57,437 nucleotides of DNA from a virus (IMGVR_UViG_3300050033_000419:1-57437); one strand, 5' to 3'. Shown: positions 17,155 to 24,396, counted from the first letter of the stretch. Notes: a model not told the origin generated them from the sequence alone. Made by a program: numbers and translations.

Positions 17155-17243
17155 TGGCGGAGGGCGGAAGAATCGAACTCCTGACGCTCATCACGTCACC
17201 CTGGGTTTCGGATCCAGTTGCCGGCCATTCAGCGGCGCCCTCC
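17155..17243 (-). tRNA. tRNA-Ser(CGA), 8/4 acceptor/T-stem type
   Basis: GGAGGGCG/CGCCCTCC 8-bp acceptor, GGAG/CTTC 4-bp T stem, long variable arm TGACG/CGTCA, G73, CCA, loop TCCGAAA. Confidence 0.85.
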
Positions 17244-17248
17244 GAAAT

Positions 17249-17338
17249 TGGCGGAGAGTGCTGGATTCGAACCAGCGATGCCTTGTTCAGGCATACCGCA
17301 TTAGCAGTGCGGCGGTTTATCCGCTCACCCAACTCTCC
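17249..17338 (-). tRNA. tRNA-Ser(GCT), canonical 7/5
   Basis: GGAGAGT/ACTCTCC, CCGCA-CTGCTAA-TGCGG, long variable arm, G73, CCA. Confidence 0.95.
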
Positions 17339-17619
17339 ATTGTCGAATTAGAACTGCTAGATGATGAGCTCACGGCATTCCTCGAAACTTGCATTTCCGC
17401 GATTAGGACTGCCAACTGGAGCTTGGTCTCGGCACCGAGTTTATCCAGGAGCATTTTCATGTACTTCTTGACGACATTCTCGGTCGTCCCCACCGCAACG
17501 CCAATCTGCCGATTTGTCATTCCAGACGGAATCAGCACGGCAATCGATCTCAGGCGCGGCGAAAGACGCTCGAATTGCACCGTGAAGTGAGAATCGGTGA
17601 TCAATGTGCCGTTATTCAT
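17317..17619 (-). CDS. LuxR-type HTH protein with C-terminal poly-Ser running into tRNA-Ser(GCT)
   Basis: LSPRLRSIAVLIPSGMTNRQIG...TTENVVKKYMKMLLDKLG...VSSSSSSSNS; ATG overlaps the upstream gene end. Confidence 0.82.
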   Translation of the reverse strand: MNNGTLITDSHFTVQFERLSPRLRSIAVLIPSGMTNRQIGVAVGTTENVVKKYMKMLLDKLGAETKLQLAVLIAEMQVSRNAVSSSSSSSNSTMESWVSG

Positions 17620-17854
17620 TCGAGCTACACCGTCGTTCGGCTGCGTGTTTTTCTTCGAGAAGGATGACGATGGCATGGATGCGATTATTCGCGGCGATCT
17701 TCTCAGCCACCAGGGCGGTCATCTTTTTTACGTAATCGGTGCTGACGTCCATTTGGGGGGCAATTTCCTTGTAGGTCAGCCCCATCTTTAGCCAGCCGAG
17801 GAGAGCTTGCTCGCGTGGTGTCAGTTTTTCCCACAGCGGGCGCTTCGATTCCAT
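17612..17854 (-). CDS. LuxR-type HTH protein, paralog of 16358-16603
   Basis: GAGG SD; LTPREQALLGWLKMGLTYKEIA...EKIAANNR. Confidence 0.85.
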   Translation of the reverse strand: MESKRPLWEKLTPREQALLGWLKMGLTYKEIAPQMDVSTDYVKKMTALVAEKIAANNRIHAIVILLEEKHAAERRCSSNE

Positions 17855-17904
17855 AGGTTTCCTCAACGTTTAAGCACGCAATCGATTGGCCGTGGGGCGT
17901 CTCT

Positions 17905-17942
17905 AAAAGCAAAAGCCCGAACCTGTTTTGGTTCAAGCCTTT
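17905..17942 (-). terminator. Terminator in putative late-operon leader
   Basis: AAGGCTTGAACC-AAAACA-GGTTCGGGCTTTTGCTTTT. Confidence 0.65.
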
Positions 17943-18103
17943 ATGCGGTACGTTTGCGACGGAGTTGCCGGCTAAAAATGTCGCTGGGCGCGACGGGTAG
18001 TAAGACTTACGCTCGGCAACTCCGCCAGTCTGGCATAACTATTACGCACTCTGCTGTTAGCGACAATCCCTATATGGGTCTTTTATGCGAAAAACGTGGT
18101 TTT

Positions 18104-18119
18104 TGTTCCACGTAGAACA
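18104..18119. promoter_or_regulatory. parS-like palindrome
   Basis: TGTTCCACGTAGAACA, one mismatch to TGTTCCACGTGGAACA; intergenic. Confidence 0.45.
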
Positions 18120-18167
18120 ACCCAAGGTGAACAGTGGCGCATCACACATTTTTGGCTTCCGGAACGC

Positions 18168-18608
18168 TCATAGGAGCTTATCCAGCCCGCACGTGCGAAG
18201 CGACGACACCTGGTGAATACAGGCCATTATGAGGCTCAGAGAACCTTCTTCTTCTGGATCTTCGTCCCGCTCAAGGCTGTAAAGTTTCAACAATAGCAGC
18301 TCAAGCGCTTCCAGTTTGTCTGGTAGGTGCTGGGCGTACCTCTCCAGAGCGTCTTTCTTTTCCCTACAGTTTTTCAGCATCCGCACGGCTCCGTTCAGTC
18401 GAGCCTTCTGTAATTTCCAATCCTGCGTAAGTGTCCCGAGGCCGAGTTGCAGCCGCTCAATTTTTTTCCGTAGCGGAGCGGCTACTGTCTCGGCATAGGC
18501 AGTCAGTTCTTTTGCAATTTCGTTCAGTTGATACGGGTTGTTTCCTGGATCAACCATAATTGTCACGGCGAGGATTCGTGTAGCAATCTCTCTTGCGCTT
18601 ATAGTCAT
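18168..18608 (-). CDS. Hypothetical protein (SARE / YAETVAAPL module)
   Basis: ATGA-coupled operon; shares DNA repeats with neighbours. Confidence 0.6.
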   Translation of the reverse strand: MTISAREIATRILAVTIMVDPGNNPYQLNEIAKELTAYAETVAAPLRKKIERLQLGLGTLTQDWKLQKARLNGAVRMLKNCREKKDALERYAQHLPDKLEALELLLLKLYSLERDEDPEEEGSLSLIMACIHQVSSLRTCGLDKLL

Positions 18609-18970
18609 TTTTCTTTCCCTTGCAGCGCCTGATCCGCGCGGATTCGGAGCAATTGCGCACGAAGATCGCGAATTTCTTCGCTTGCAGCATGGTTGACTTT
18701 CGCGAGCCCGTTGAGTCGTAACTTGATCGCTTGTGCAAATGCCTCTGCAAAGTCGAAAGCGGCCTCCCACGTCCCCAAATCCTGCTTGCTGGGCTGCCGT
18801 TCCTCCCGCTGTCTGCTCCACACTTGCTCGTAGAACTCTCTTGCGCTGGGCGGCTTGGGGTCTGAGGCGGCGTGTTCGCGGTGCTTCTCGCATTTCGGTG
18901 AGAAGAATCCCGGCGTGGTTGCGTCTGAATAGGCGTGACGGGCAGCTTCGTTGCAATCCTTACAGGTCAC
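18605..18970 (-). CDS. Hypothetical Zn-finger-like protein with SARE module
   Basis: GAGGAGG SD, GTG start; CKDC...CEKH; KPPSAREF. Confidence 0.6.
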   Translation of the reverse strand: MTCKDCNEAARHAYSDATTPGFFSPKCEKHREHAASDPKPPSAREFYEQVWSRQREERQPSKQDLGTWEAAFDFAEAFAQAIKLRLNGLAKVNHAASEEIRDLRAQLLRIRADQALQGKEK

Positions 18971-19275
18971 GGCTCCTCCTCGGTAGTCGGCGGGTTGGAA
19001 ATTTGGTTCATAACGTCCTTCGACCACGCCTCAAACCAGTTGATATTTGCCCACGCGAACTCATCGAACGTTGGCGCATCGGTGCGAAGCGTAGGGGGAT
19101 ACCCAGTCTCGAGGGAATAAAGAGATGCCCACGACTTCTGCGCTTTCGTCAGTTTCACGGCTTCCTCCACACGGCTTTCGCTCGGTGCGAACTCTTCCGC
19201 ACTCGAAGCCCAGCAGTGGCGGCCCTGAACGTGATCCGATTCAGGCTTTCCGCAGTTGTCACAAGCTACACTCAC
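18967..19275 (-). CDS. Hypothetical protein
   Basis: CDNCGKPESDH; coupled stop/start. Confidence 0.55.
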   Translation of the reverse strand: MSVACDNCGKPESDHVQGRHCWASSAEEFAPSESRVEEAVKLTKAQKSWASLYSLETGYPPTLRTDAPTFDEFAWANINWFEAWSKDVMNQISNPPTTEEEP

Positions 19276-19643
19276 TTTTTCACCTTTCTGCACTTCTCAA
19301 GTTCGCACTCCAGCTCTACGATCTTTGTTTTAAGCGGAGCGGCTACTGTCTCGGAATAGTCTTCGATCACGTCGAGCAAGTCCTCAAACCAATGGTCAAT
19401 AATTTTGGCGAAGGCTTCTGTGCTGTTGTTATTCCGCTCGTCTATTAGCCACTCTCTTGCGCTGGGTGGCTTGGGGGGAGGTTGGTTCTCCTCTTTCGCT
19501 ACAACTGGAGTACAACGCGATGCATTGAGGGCGAATGCAATTTGTACCTCGGTCTGGAGTTCATCCGCATTTGGGATTCCGAAGTCGGCAAATACATTGC
19601 CAGAACTTACCGTTACGGGGATTTCTTTCTTTGGGTTAGTCAT
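19272..19643 (-). CDS. Hypothetical protein with SSGNVFAD antitoxin-like N-terminus and SARE module
   Basis: VTVSSGNVFADFGIPNADEL resembles the N-terminus of HTH_37/XRE antitoxins; KPPSAREW. Confidence 0.6.
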   Translation of the reverse strand: MTNPKKEIPVTVSSGNVFADFGIPNADELQTEVQIAFALNASRCTPVVAKEENQPPPKPPSAREWLIDERNNNSTEAFAKIIDHWFEDLLDVIEDYSETVAAPLKTKIVELECELEKCRKVKK

Positions 19644-20007
19644 GACTTCCTCTCAGAAGCTCGCGCACCTTGTCAATCTGATCTCTGAGCAATCGGGCCT
19701 GTTCGAAAGAGGCACACTCTATCTTCCCCATCTCATGCAGCGCCTGCTGGATCTCGGTGGGAGATTTCGCTGGCTGCGGGCTTGGATAGTGCGTGAGGAT
19801 GTAATCCGTTGCGATCAGCGAGTGCGCTTCTTCAAGTGCGCGAGCTCTATCCTGCAGGTGGTCGGGTAGCGGGCGTTGGGAACAACTTCCCCGCACGCAT
19901 CCCTTATCGGGAGAGTCGTAAAGCGGCCAGCCACACCACGCACACCGGTAAGATTCGTTGGGCTGGGACCTCAATGCTTGCCAGTCTACACCGTAGTTGT
20001 TAGTCAT
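19636..20007 (-). CDS. Hypothetical Cys-motif protein
   Basis: RCAWCGWPL...GCVRGSCSQRP. Confidence 0.6.
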   Translation of the reverse strand: MTNNYGVDWQALRSQPNESYRCAWCGWPLYDSPDKGCVRGSCSQRPLPDHLQDRARALEEAHSLIATDYILTHYPSPQPAKSPTEIQQALHEMGKIECASFEQARLLRDQIDKVRELLRGSHD

Positions 20008-20297
20008 GGCGTCTTCTCCAATGCTGCTCTGTAAATGACGTGCCAGAATGTGCACCCCATCGCATCGCAGTTGTGATCTGGCTGCTCGTCTGGGTCGCCT
20101 ATTACGACGATCTCCCCGTTACGAAGCCATGCCTCCAAGAGCTTTGCACCCTTCGGAACCGAGCCGTCCGCTAGCCACTTAGACTCCAGGTTCTTCAGCG
20201 TGAGACCGCTTTGCAGCCGATCCACTTCGCCAATCAGAAAAGTTATGTCCTCAAACGGGAACTGGTGGTTTCGTGCTCGAATCGCTTCCAGGCTCAT
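20004..20297 (-). CDS. Hypothetical protein
   Basis: HNCDAMGC; coupled. Confidence 0.6.
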   Translation of the reverse strand: MSLEAIRARNHQFPFEDITFLIGEVDRLQSGLTLKNLESKWLADGSVPKGAKLLEAWLRNGEIVVIGDPDEQPDHNCDAMGCTFWHVIYRAALEKTP

Positions 20298-20551
20298 GGC
20301 TTCTCCTCCAATGCTTCATGCTCCGCGAGGGTGAGTTTATGACCATCCTGCCGGCGACCTTGCAGCTTGTATTCGGCGCTGATGGGCTCCAAGTCGAACA
20401 AATCAGCACCCGCTGCGATTAGGTCTTCCAGCGTCACACCGTTTGAATCCATCGCATCGACGCCACTAGATTCGCACCCGCCACGTATCACGGTTCCAAT
20501 TGCTAGAGCAAATCCACAGTAAAATTCTTTCTGCGATTTCGTGAGTGTCAT
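20294..20551 (-). CDS. Hypothetical protein
   Basis: GGAG SD; coupled. Confidence 0.55.
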   Translation of the reverse strand: MTLTKSQKEFYCGFALAIGTVIRGGCESSGVDAMDSNGVTLEDLIAAGADLFDLEPISAEYKLQGRRQDGHKLTLAEHEALEEKP

Positions 20552-20587
20552 GGCTTCTCCAGGGGGCTAAGTTTCACGATTTCTCCT

Positions 20588-20746
20588 CTATGTATGTCTA
20601 TTCCGGCGCCGGGCGAGCTCCTCCTGTGTCAGAGTGCTTGGAGACAACATTTCAACCTCGACCTGGAACTGTGCACCGCAGATCTGGCAGGTCACCACTC
20701 CACGGTGCAGGTAGAGCAGGTTCGAGCAGCAAGGACAATGGGTCAT
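20588..20746 (-). CDS. Small zinc-ribbon protein (52 aa, not in ORF track)
   Basis: MTHCPCCSNLLYLHRGVVTCQICGAQF. Confidence 0.55.
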   Translation of the reverse strand: MTHCPCCSNLLYLHRGVVTCQICGAQFQVEVEMLSPSTLTQEELARRRNRHT

Positions 20747-20751
20747 GGGGC

Positions 20752-20970
20752 CTATAGCTTCCTATCGATCACGCCGTAAAGGTAGCGACCGTCAATCTTC
20801 GATCTGACGCACTTCGTGCAGTTTCCCAACGTGCTGAGATCTCCGATTCGCCGCAGATCGCCTTCGTAGGTGAAGACGAACTCCGGCTCCTCGATCGGCT
20901 TACCGCACGCGGCTTCGGTTGGCTTCCCGGGCTTCAGTGGTTCGGACGATGGCACCAGGTGCACTTTCAT
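20752..20970 (-). CDS. Hypothetical protein
   Basis: MKVHLV...ACG...CTKC. Confidence 0.55.
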   Translation of the reverse strand: MKVHLVPSSEPLKPGKPTEAACGKPIEEPEFVFTYEGDLRRIGDLSTLGNCTKCVRSKIDGRYLYGVIDRKL

Positions 20971-20998
20971 TTCAGGAACAGCCAGTCTTTGGCGCGCT

Positions 20999-21184
20999 TC
21001 ACTGTTTCACCATTCTGTCGAGGTCCGGCGATTCCTTCGCGATCCGCTCGCGAATGAGCCGAAGGTTGTGGAGTTGAATGTGTGCCGGCTCGTTCGAATC
21101 GATGACCGAGACGAACAGCGCATACCAGAGCTTCAGGGATTCGATCTTCTTTTCGTCCGTCATCGCTATTCCAAGAACAGCCAA
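20999..21184 (-). CDS. Hypothetical protein
   Basis: Fills the operon; start uncertain. Confidence 0.45.
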   Translation of the reverse strand: MAVLGIAMTDEKKIESLKLWYALFVSVIDSNEPAHIQLHNLRLIRERIAKESPDLDRMVKQ

Positions 21185-21197
21185 CCGAAGCGCCTCG

Positions 21198-21374
21198 CTA
21201 CGCGGCGATGGCCTTACTGTAGGTTTCCCTCAACCACGGAAACGTAAACAGGGCGGCGTCGGCCAGCAACCCGGCTTCACATCCGGCCCTAATAGCGTCT
21301 CCTTTGCTGATTTCAAGCCGGATTTTCTCAATCGAGAAATCAAGCATGCGGACATAAGCCCAATATTCTTCCAT
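21198..21374 (-). CDS. Small protein, tandem paralog B (58 aa, ends KAIAA)
   Basis: AGGTG SD; MEEYWAYVRMLDFSIEKI...LFTFPWLRETYSKAIAA. Confidence 0.7.
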   Translation of the reverse strand: MEEYWAYVRMLDFSIEKIRLEISKGDAIRAGCEAGLLADAALFTFPWLRETYSKAIAA

Positions 21375-21396
21375 ATTTCACCTTTTACTCGCCCTG

Positions 21397-21576
21397 CTAC
21401 GCGGCAGCCGCGGCCATACTGCGGGTTTCCCTCAACCACGGGAACGCAAACAGGGCATTACGAACCAGCAACTGTGCTTCATATCCGGACCTAACAGCGT
21501 TTCCTCTGTTAATTTCACACCAGATTCGCTCAATCGAGGAATCAACGATGTGGACATAAGCCTCGTATTGTTCCAT
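21397..21576 (-). CDS. Small protein, tandem paralog A (59 aa, ends SMAAAAA)
   Basis: GAGGTG SD; MEQYEAYVHIVDSSIERI...LFAFPWLRETRSMAAAAA. Confidence 0.7.
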   Translation of the reverse strand: MEQYEAYVHIVDSSIERIWCEINRGNAVRSGYEAQLLVRNALFAFPWLRETRSMAAAAA

Positions 21577-21631
21577 GTTGCACCTCTGTGATTTCCACGC
21601 CGTGCGCGACCTCTCAGCCGCCGTCATGTGA

Positions 21632-21844
21632 CTAACTAGGCTTCTCGATTAACGTCAGCCATTGCCGCAGCTTTCTCGCGGTCAACCGAATCATATTGTC
21701 TCGGCGGGAGGAATAGATTTCGACGCCACCTTTGTCCAGGTAAGCCCACGCCTCGCCACCGTTCTGCGTCCGCAGGTTCCGCACTCTCCGAAATTTCAAT
21801 GGAATACTTTTCGTTGGCAGTTTGGTCATTAGCACATTCTCCAC
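21632..21844 (-). CDS. Hypothetical basic protein
   Basis: In operon; start uncertain. Confidence 0.5.
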   Translation of the reverse strand: MENVLMTKLPTKSIPLKFRRVRNLRTQNGGEAWAYLDKGGVEIYSSRRDNMIRLTARKLRQWLTLIEKPS

Positions 21845-21895
21845 AATGGTTTCGGAAAACAGAGCCGGGGCCCTTGTGAACCCCGGCCCAGAGGA

Positions 21896-22075
21896 CTACG
21901 CAGCCTTGGTGTGAACTTCCTTGTAGACTCCGCGGGCGATCGCTTGGATTTCAGGGGAGTTCAGCGATTCCAACAAGTCGTTCAAAGAAGCGTTGGGATT
22001 GTTCTGGACATAGCTTCTGCAAATTTCGCGGAGAGCGTTCTCGTTGAAAGGGGATTGCTTGGTGCTCGTATCCAT
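21896..22075 (-). CDS. Small protein (59 aa, ends TKAA; not in ORF track)
   Basis: AGGAG SD; MDTSTKQSPFNENALREIC...; followed by a GC hairpin. Confidence 0.6.
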   Translation of the reverse strand: MDTSTKQSPFNENALREICRSYVQNNPNASLNDLLESLNSPEIQAIARGVYKEVHTKAA

Positions 22076-22136
22076 AACTTATCTCCTGTGGCTTAGTTGT
22101 TGATGGTTGTCCGGCTATGCGATAGCCGGGGCTTAC

Positions 22137-22358
22137 TTACGCAACTTTTTTGGCAAAATGTCGAAGGTTGTTCTTCTTCCGCTGCGCCCAGCGAAGTTTC
22201 ATGGCGCTCGAGATCCTGGCCCGGGCATCGGCGCTCATGTGGCGACGTCCTGGGGCGCGGCACTTGGTTGGTTGGCTGGTTCCTTCGAGAGCGTTGATCG
22301 CAACCGTAATGCGATCGCGCTCCTGTGTGAGATCGGCGATGATGCGTTGTGTGTCCAT
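22137..22358 (-). CDS. Coiled-coil plus basic helix, putative nucleoid-associated protein (Acidobacteria-like)
   Basis: MDTQRIIADLTQERDRITVAINAL...RHMSADARARISSAMKLRWAQRK. Confidence 0.7.
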   Translation of the reverse strand: MDTQRIIADLTQERDRITVAINALEGTSQPTKCRAPGRRHMSADARARISSAMKLRWAQRKKNNLRHFAKKVA

Positions 22359-22369
22359 AATTCTCCTGT

Positions 22370-22702
22370 TCATTTCTTCGCCGGGTCCGCTGCGCAATCG
22401 AGCGTTTGCGGGTCGAGATGGAACGTCTTGTCACCCGCGGCCGGGCAAAGGGTTTTCTGCAGGTTGTCGAGCGCGGCGCCGGCTTGCTTGCCTTGCTCCT
22501 GTATGGCCGTGTAGTCGATCTGCATCTGCTTCATGCGGTTTTCGAGTTGCAGCTCCGTATTCTGCAGGGTGCGGAACTGAAGCTTCTGCGCGTCGGTGAC
22601 TGCCGGCGGTGCGGAGGGCGGGGCTGGTTTCTTCTCATCGGCGGCAAAGGCGATGCCGATGAGCGTCAGGACTCCCGGGATGATCATCAGTGTCGGTTTC
22701 AA
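22370..22702 (-). CDS. Exported coiled-coil protein
   Basis: AGGAG SD with TTG start; signal peptide ending IAFAA-D. Confidence 0.6.
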   Translation of the reverse strand: MKPTLMIIPGVLTLIGIAFAADEKKPAPPSAPPAVTDAQKLQFRTLQNTELQLENRMKQMQIDYTAIQEQGKQAGAALDNLQKTLCPAAGDKTFHLDPQTLDCAADPAKK

Positions 22703-22750
22703 GTTCTCTCTCCTGGTGTTAAGCATTTCGTTCAGTCTGGTTTCCGCGCG

Positions 22751-23590
22751 CTATAGGCAGATCACGCCGATGTTGTTCACGTCGCAGGAATAAGCCTGGC
22801 CCTTCGTCGTGTCCAACTGCACGCTTGCTAGGAACCACGGCTTCGAGGTATCGGCTTTCCCGGCTTGTGGTGCGTTGACCTGGCTGTATTTCCCATTCAC
22901 CGCGATGCCGAGATTCGTCTTCGTCCCATTTACCGGGTCGATCAGGAACAACTCATCCACGGCTATCCAGTCGCCCGGGGTATAGGTGAAGGGCACTTTG
23001 CTGTCGATCCAGGCCCTGTTGAGATAATCGAACCAGCGCAGCGTCATGGTGTTGAAGTCCAACTGCCATGCCAGGTCGAACGCCGAGCTGCCGTCGTAGT
23101 CTTTCGCCTCGTTCTCGAGAGCGTTGCGGACACTGAAGGCAGCCGCACTCAGCCGATACTCGACGTGGTAAGCCACTAGGCGCACACCGGGCGCCGGAAG
23201 CTGCGTCTTCAAATACCAGTAGCAGTTGTAGCCTGGAGCGCTGGGCGTGACCGAGATCGTCGCGCTGCCATCCGCATTCACCACCCACTTGCTCGTTCCC
23301 GTGGCGGGATTGCCTGAAGAGTTTCCGGCCTGCCCGCCGGCGAGGATCCAGCCGACAGCTCTCTGCAGGTTGGCGAGCTGCATCAGATTTCGGAACAGTG
23401 GGGAGTTCGGGAGTCCGCTTTTGCCCGCAGCGGCGAGTTGCTGCTGTAACAGGGCGATCTGCTGTTTGTCCAGGGCGAGGGTTGAGTTTAGGGAGTCAAT
23501 AACCGCCTGGACGTTAGAAGCAGCGGCCTGCTGCGCCGCGGCATCGTTGAAGATGGTTTCAAGGTCAGGATTCGTGATCGTGGTTGCCAT
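22751..23590 (-). CDS. Coiled-coil plus beta-rich domain paralogous to the tail-tip C-terminal domain
   Basis: AAGGA SD; motifs shared with 51498-52140. Confidence 0.7.
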   Translation of the reverse strand: MATTITNPDLETIFNDAAAQQAAASNVQAVIDSLNSTLALDKQQIALLQQQLAAAGKSGLPNSPLFRNLMQLANLQRAVGWILAGGQAGNSSGNPATGTSKWVVNADGSATISVTPSAPGYNCYWYLKTQLPAPGVRLVAYHVEYRLSAAAFSVRNALENEAKDYDGSSAFDLAWQLDFNTMTLRWFDYLNRAWIDSKVPFTYTPGDWIAVDELFLIDPVNGTKTNLGIAVNGKYSQVNAPQAGKADTSKPWFLASVQLDTTKGQAYSCDVNNIGVICL

Positions 23591-23610
23591 TGGTTTTCCT
23601 TTGTCCTTTA

Positions 23611-23796
23611 TCAGTGAGTTTCTAAATAGCGCCCAAACAGCCAGCAAATTAGTACCAGGGGAAGCGCGATGAACCAGATGCGCCAGAGCAGGAACGCCGC
23701 AATCCCGATCGCCCCAATGGCGAGCAGCATCATTACTAGCCCGAAGACACCAAGGCCCGTTTGCGTAATAAATCGCATTACGGAATCTTTGTTCAT
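23611..23796 (-). CDS. Small membrane protein
   Basis: Two hydrophobic helices; coupled. Confidence 0.55.
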   Translation of the reverse strand: MNKDSVMRFITQTGLGVFGLVMMLLAIGAIGIAAFLLWRIWFIALPLVLICWLFGRYLETH

Positions 23797-24005
23797 GCTT
23801 CCATTTCCATGACTGCTATCTCCCGCTCGAGGTACCACGCCGCTTTCTTGAGGTCCTCGAGACGATTGCCTTTATGGTCAGCGCGACCGATGTACTTGAT
23901 CGCATTGCCGAGGCAGAAACCGAGTCCCCAGGCTTCAATGACCTTGATCACTTCATAGGTCGTGTCGCCGCCATAGTGCTTTGGGTGATTTACGGTGTCA
24001 GCCAC
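23793..24005 (-). CDS. DUF3310 (SaV-like) protein
   Basis: VNHPKHY...FCLGNAIKYIGRADHK...EDLKKAAWYL. Confidence 0.9.
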   Translation of the reverse strand: MADTVNHPKHYGGDTTYEVIKVIEAWGLGFCLGNAIKYIGRADHKGNRLEDLKKAAWYLEREIAVMEMEA

Positions 24006-24396
24006 GCTGGCGCGCTCCTTCCAACTCCCGGTAGCGCCGCGGAGGAAACAGCACCGAACCGTGCAGCGCTTCCCCCACACACCGCTTGATGTTCCAGACC
24101 CAGTAATCCAGTGTGCCGATCGGGATCTTCATCCGCTCGGAGGTCATCCGATAGGGCAGGTTCTGCACGAAGTAGAGATCGAATAGGATCACCCGCTTTG
24201 GCCAGGGCTTAAGTGTTCGTCGTCCCAACTTCTGAAAGTCGGCGATATACTCCACCATCACGTTGCCGGTTTTGGTCGGGCCGCCTCGGGAGCTGGCATC
24301 GCAGCGGATCGCGGTGACCCGATCGGCGAGTGCCTGGTACTCCCGCACCCGCTCCAGCACGATGTCGAAGACATATTCCGGCCGCATCCGCACCAT
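23998..24396 (-). CDS. Putative transcriptional regulator (sigma-4/RinA-like HTH)
   Basis: ILFDLYFVQNLPYRMTSERMKIPIGTLDYW; follows the VRR-NUC gene. Confidence 0.5.
   Translation of the reverse strand: MVRMRPEYVFDIVLERVREYQALADRVTAIRCDASSRGGPTKTGNVMVEYIADFQKLGRRTLKPWPKRVILFDLYFVQNLPYRMTSERMKIPIGTLDYWVWNIKRCVGEALHGSVLFPPRRYRELEGARQRG

Noticed and set aside
17138-17332. N-terminal extension of the 101-aa ORF through both tRNA-Ser genes
   Set aside because: The TTG start lies inside a tRNA; the internal SD-ATG at 17137 is the credible start.
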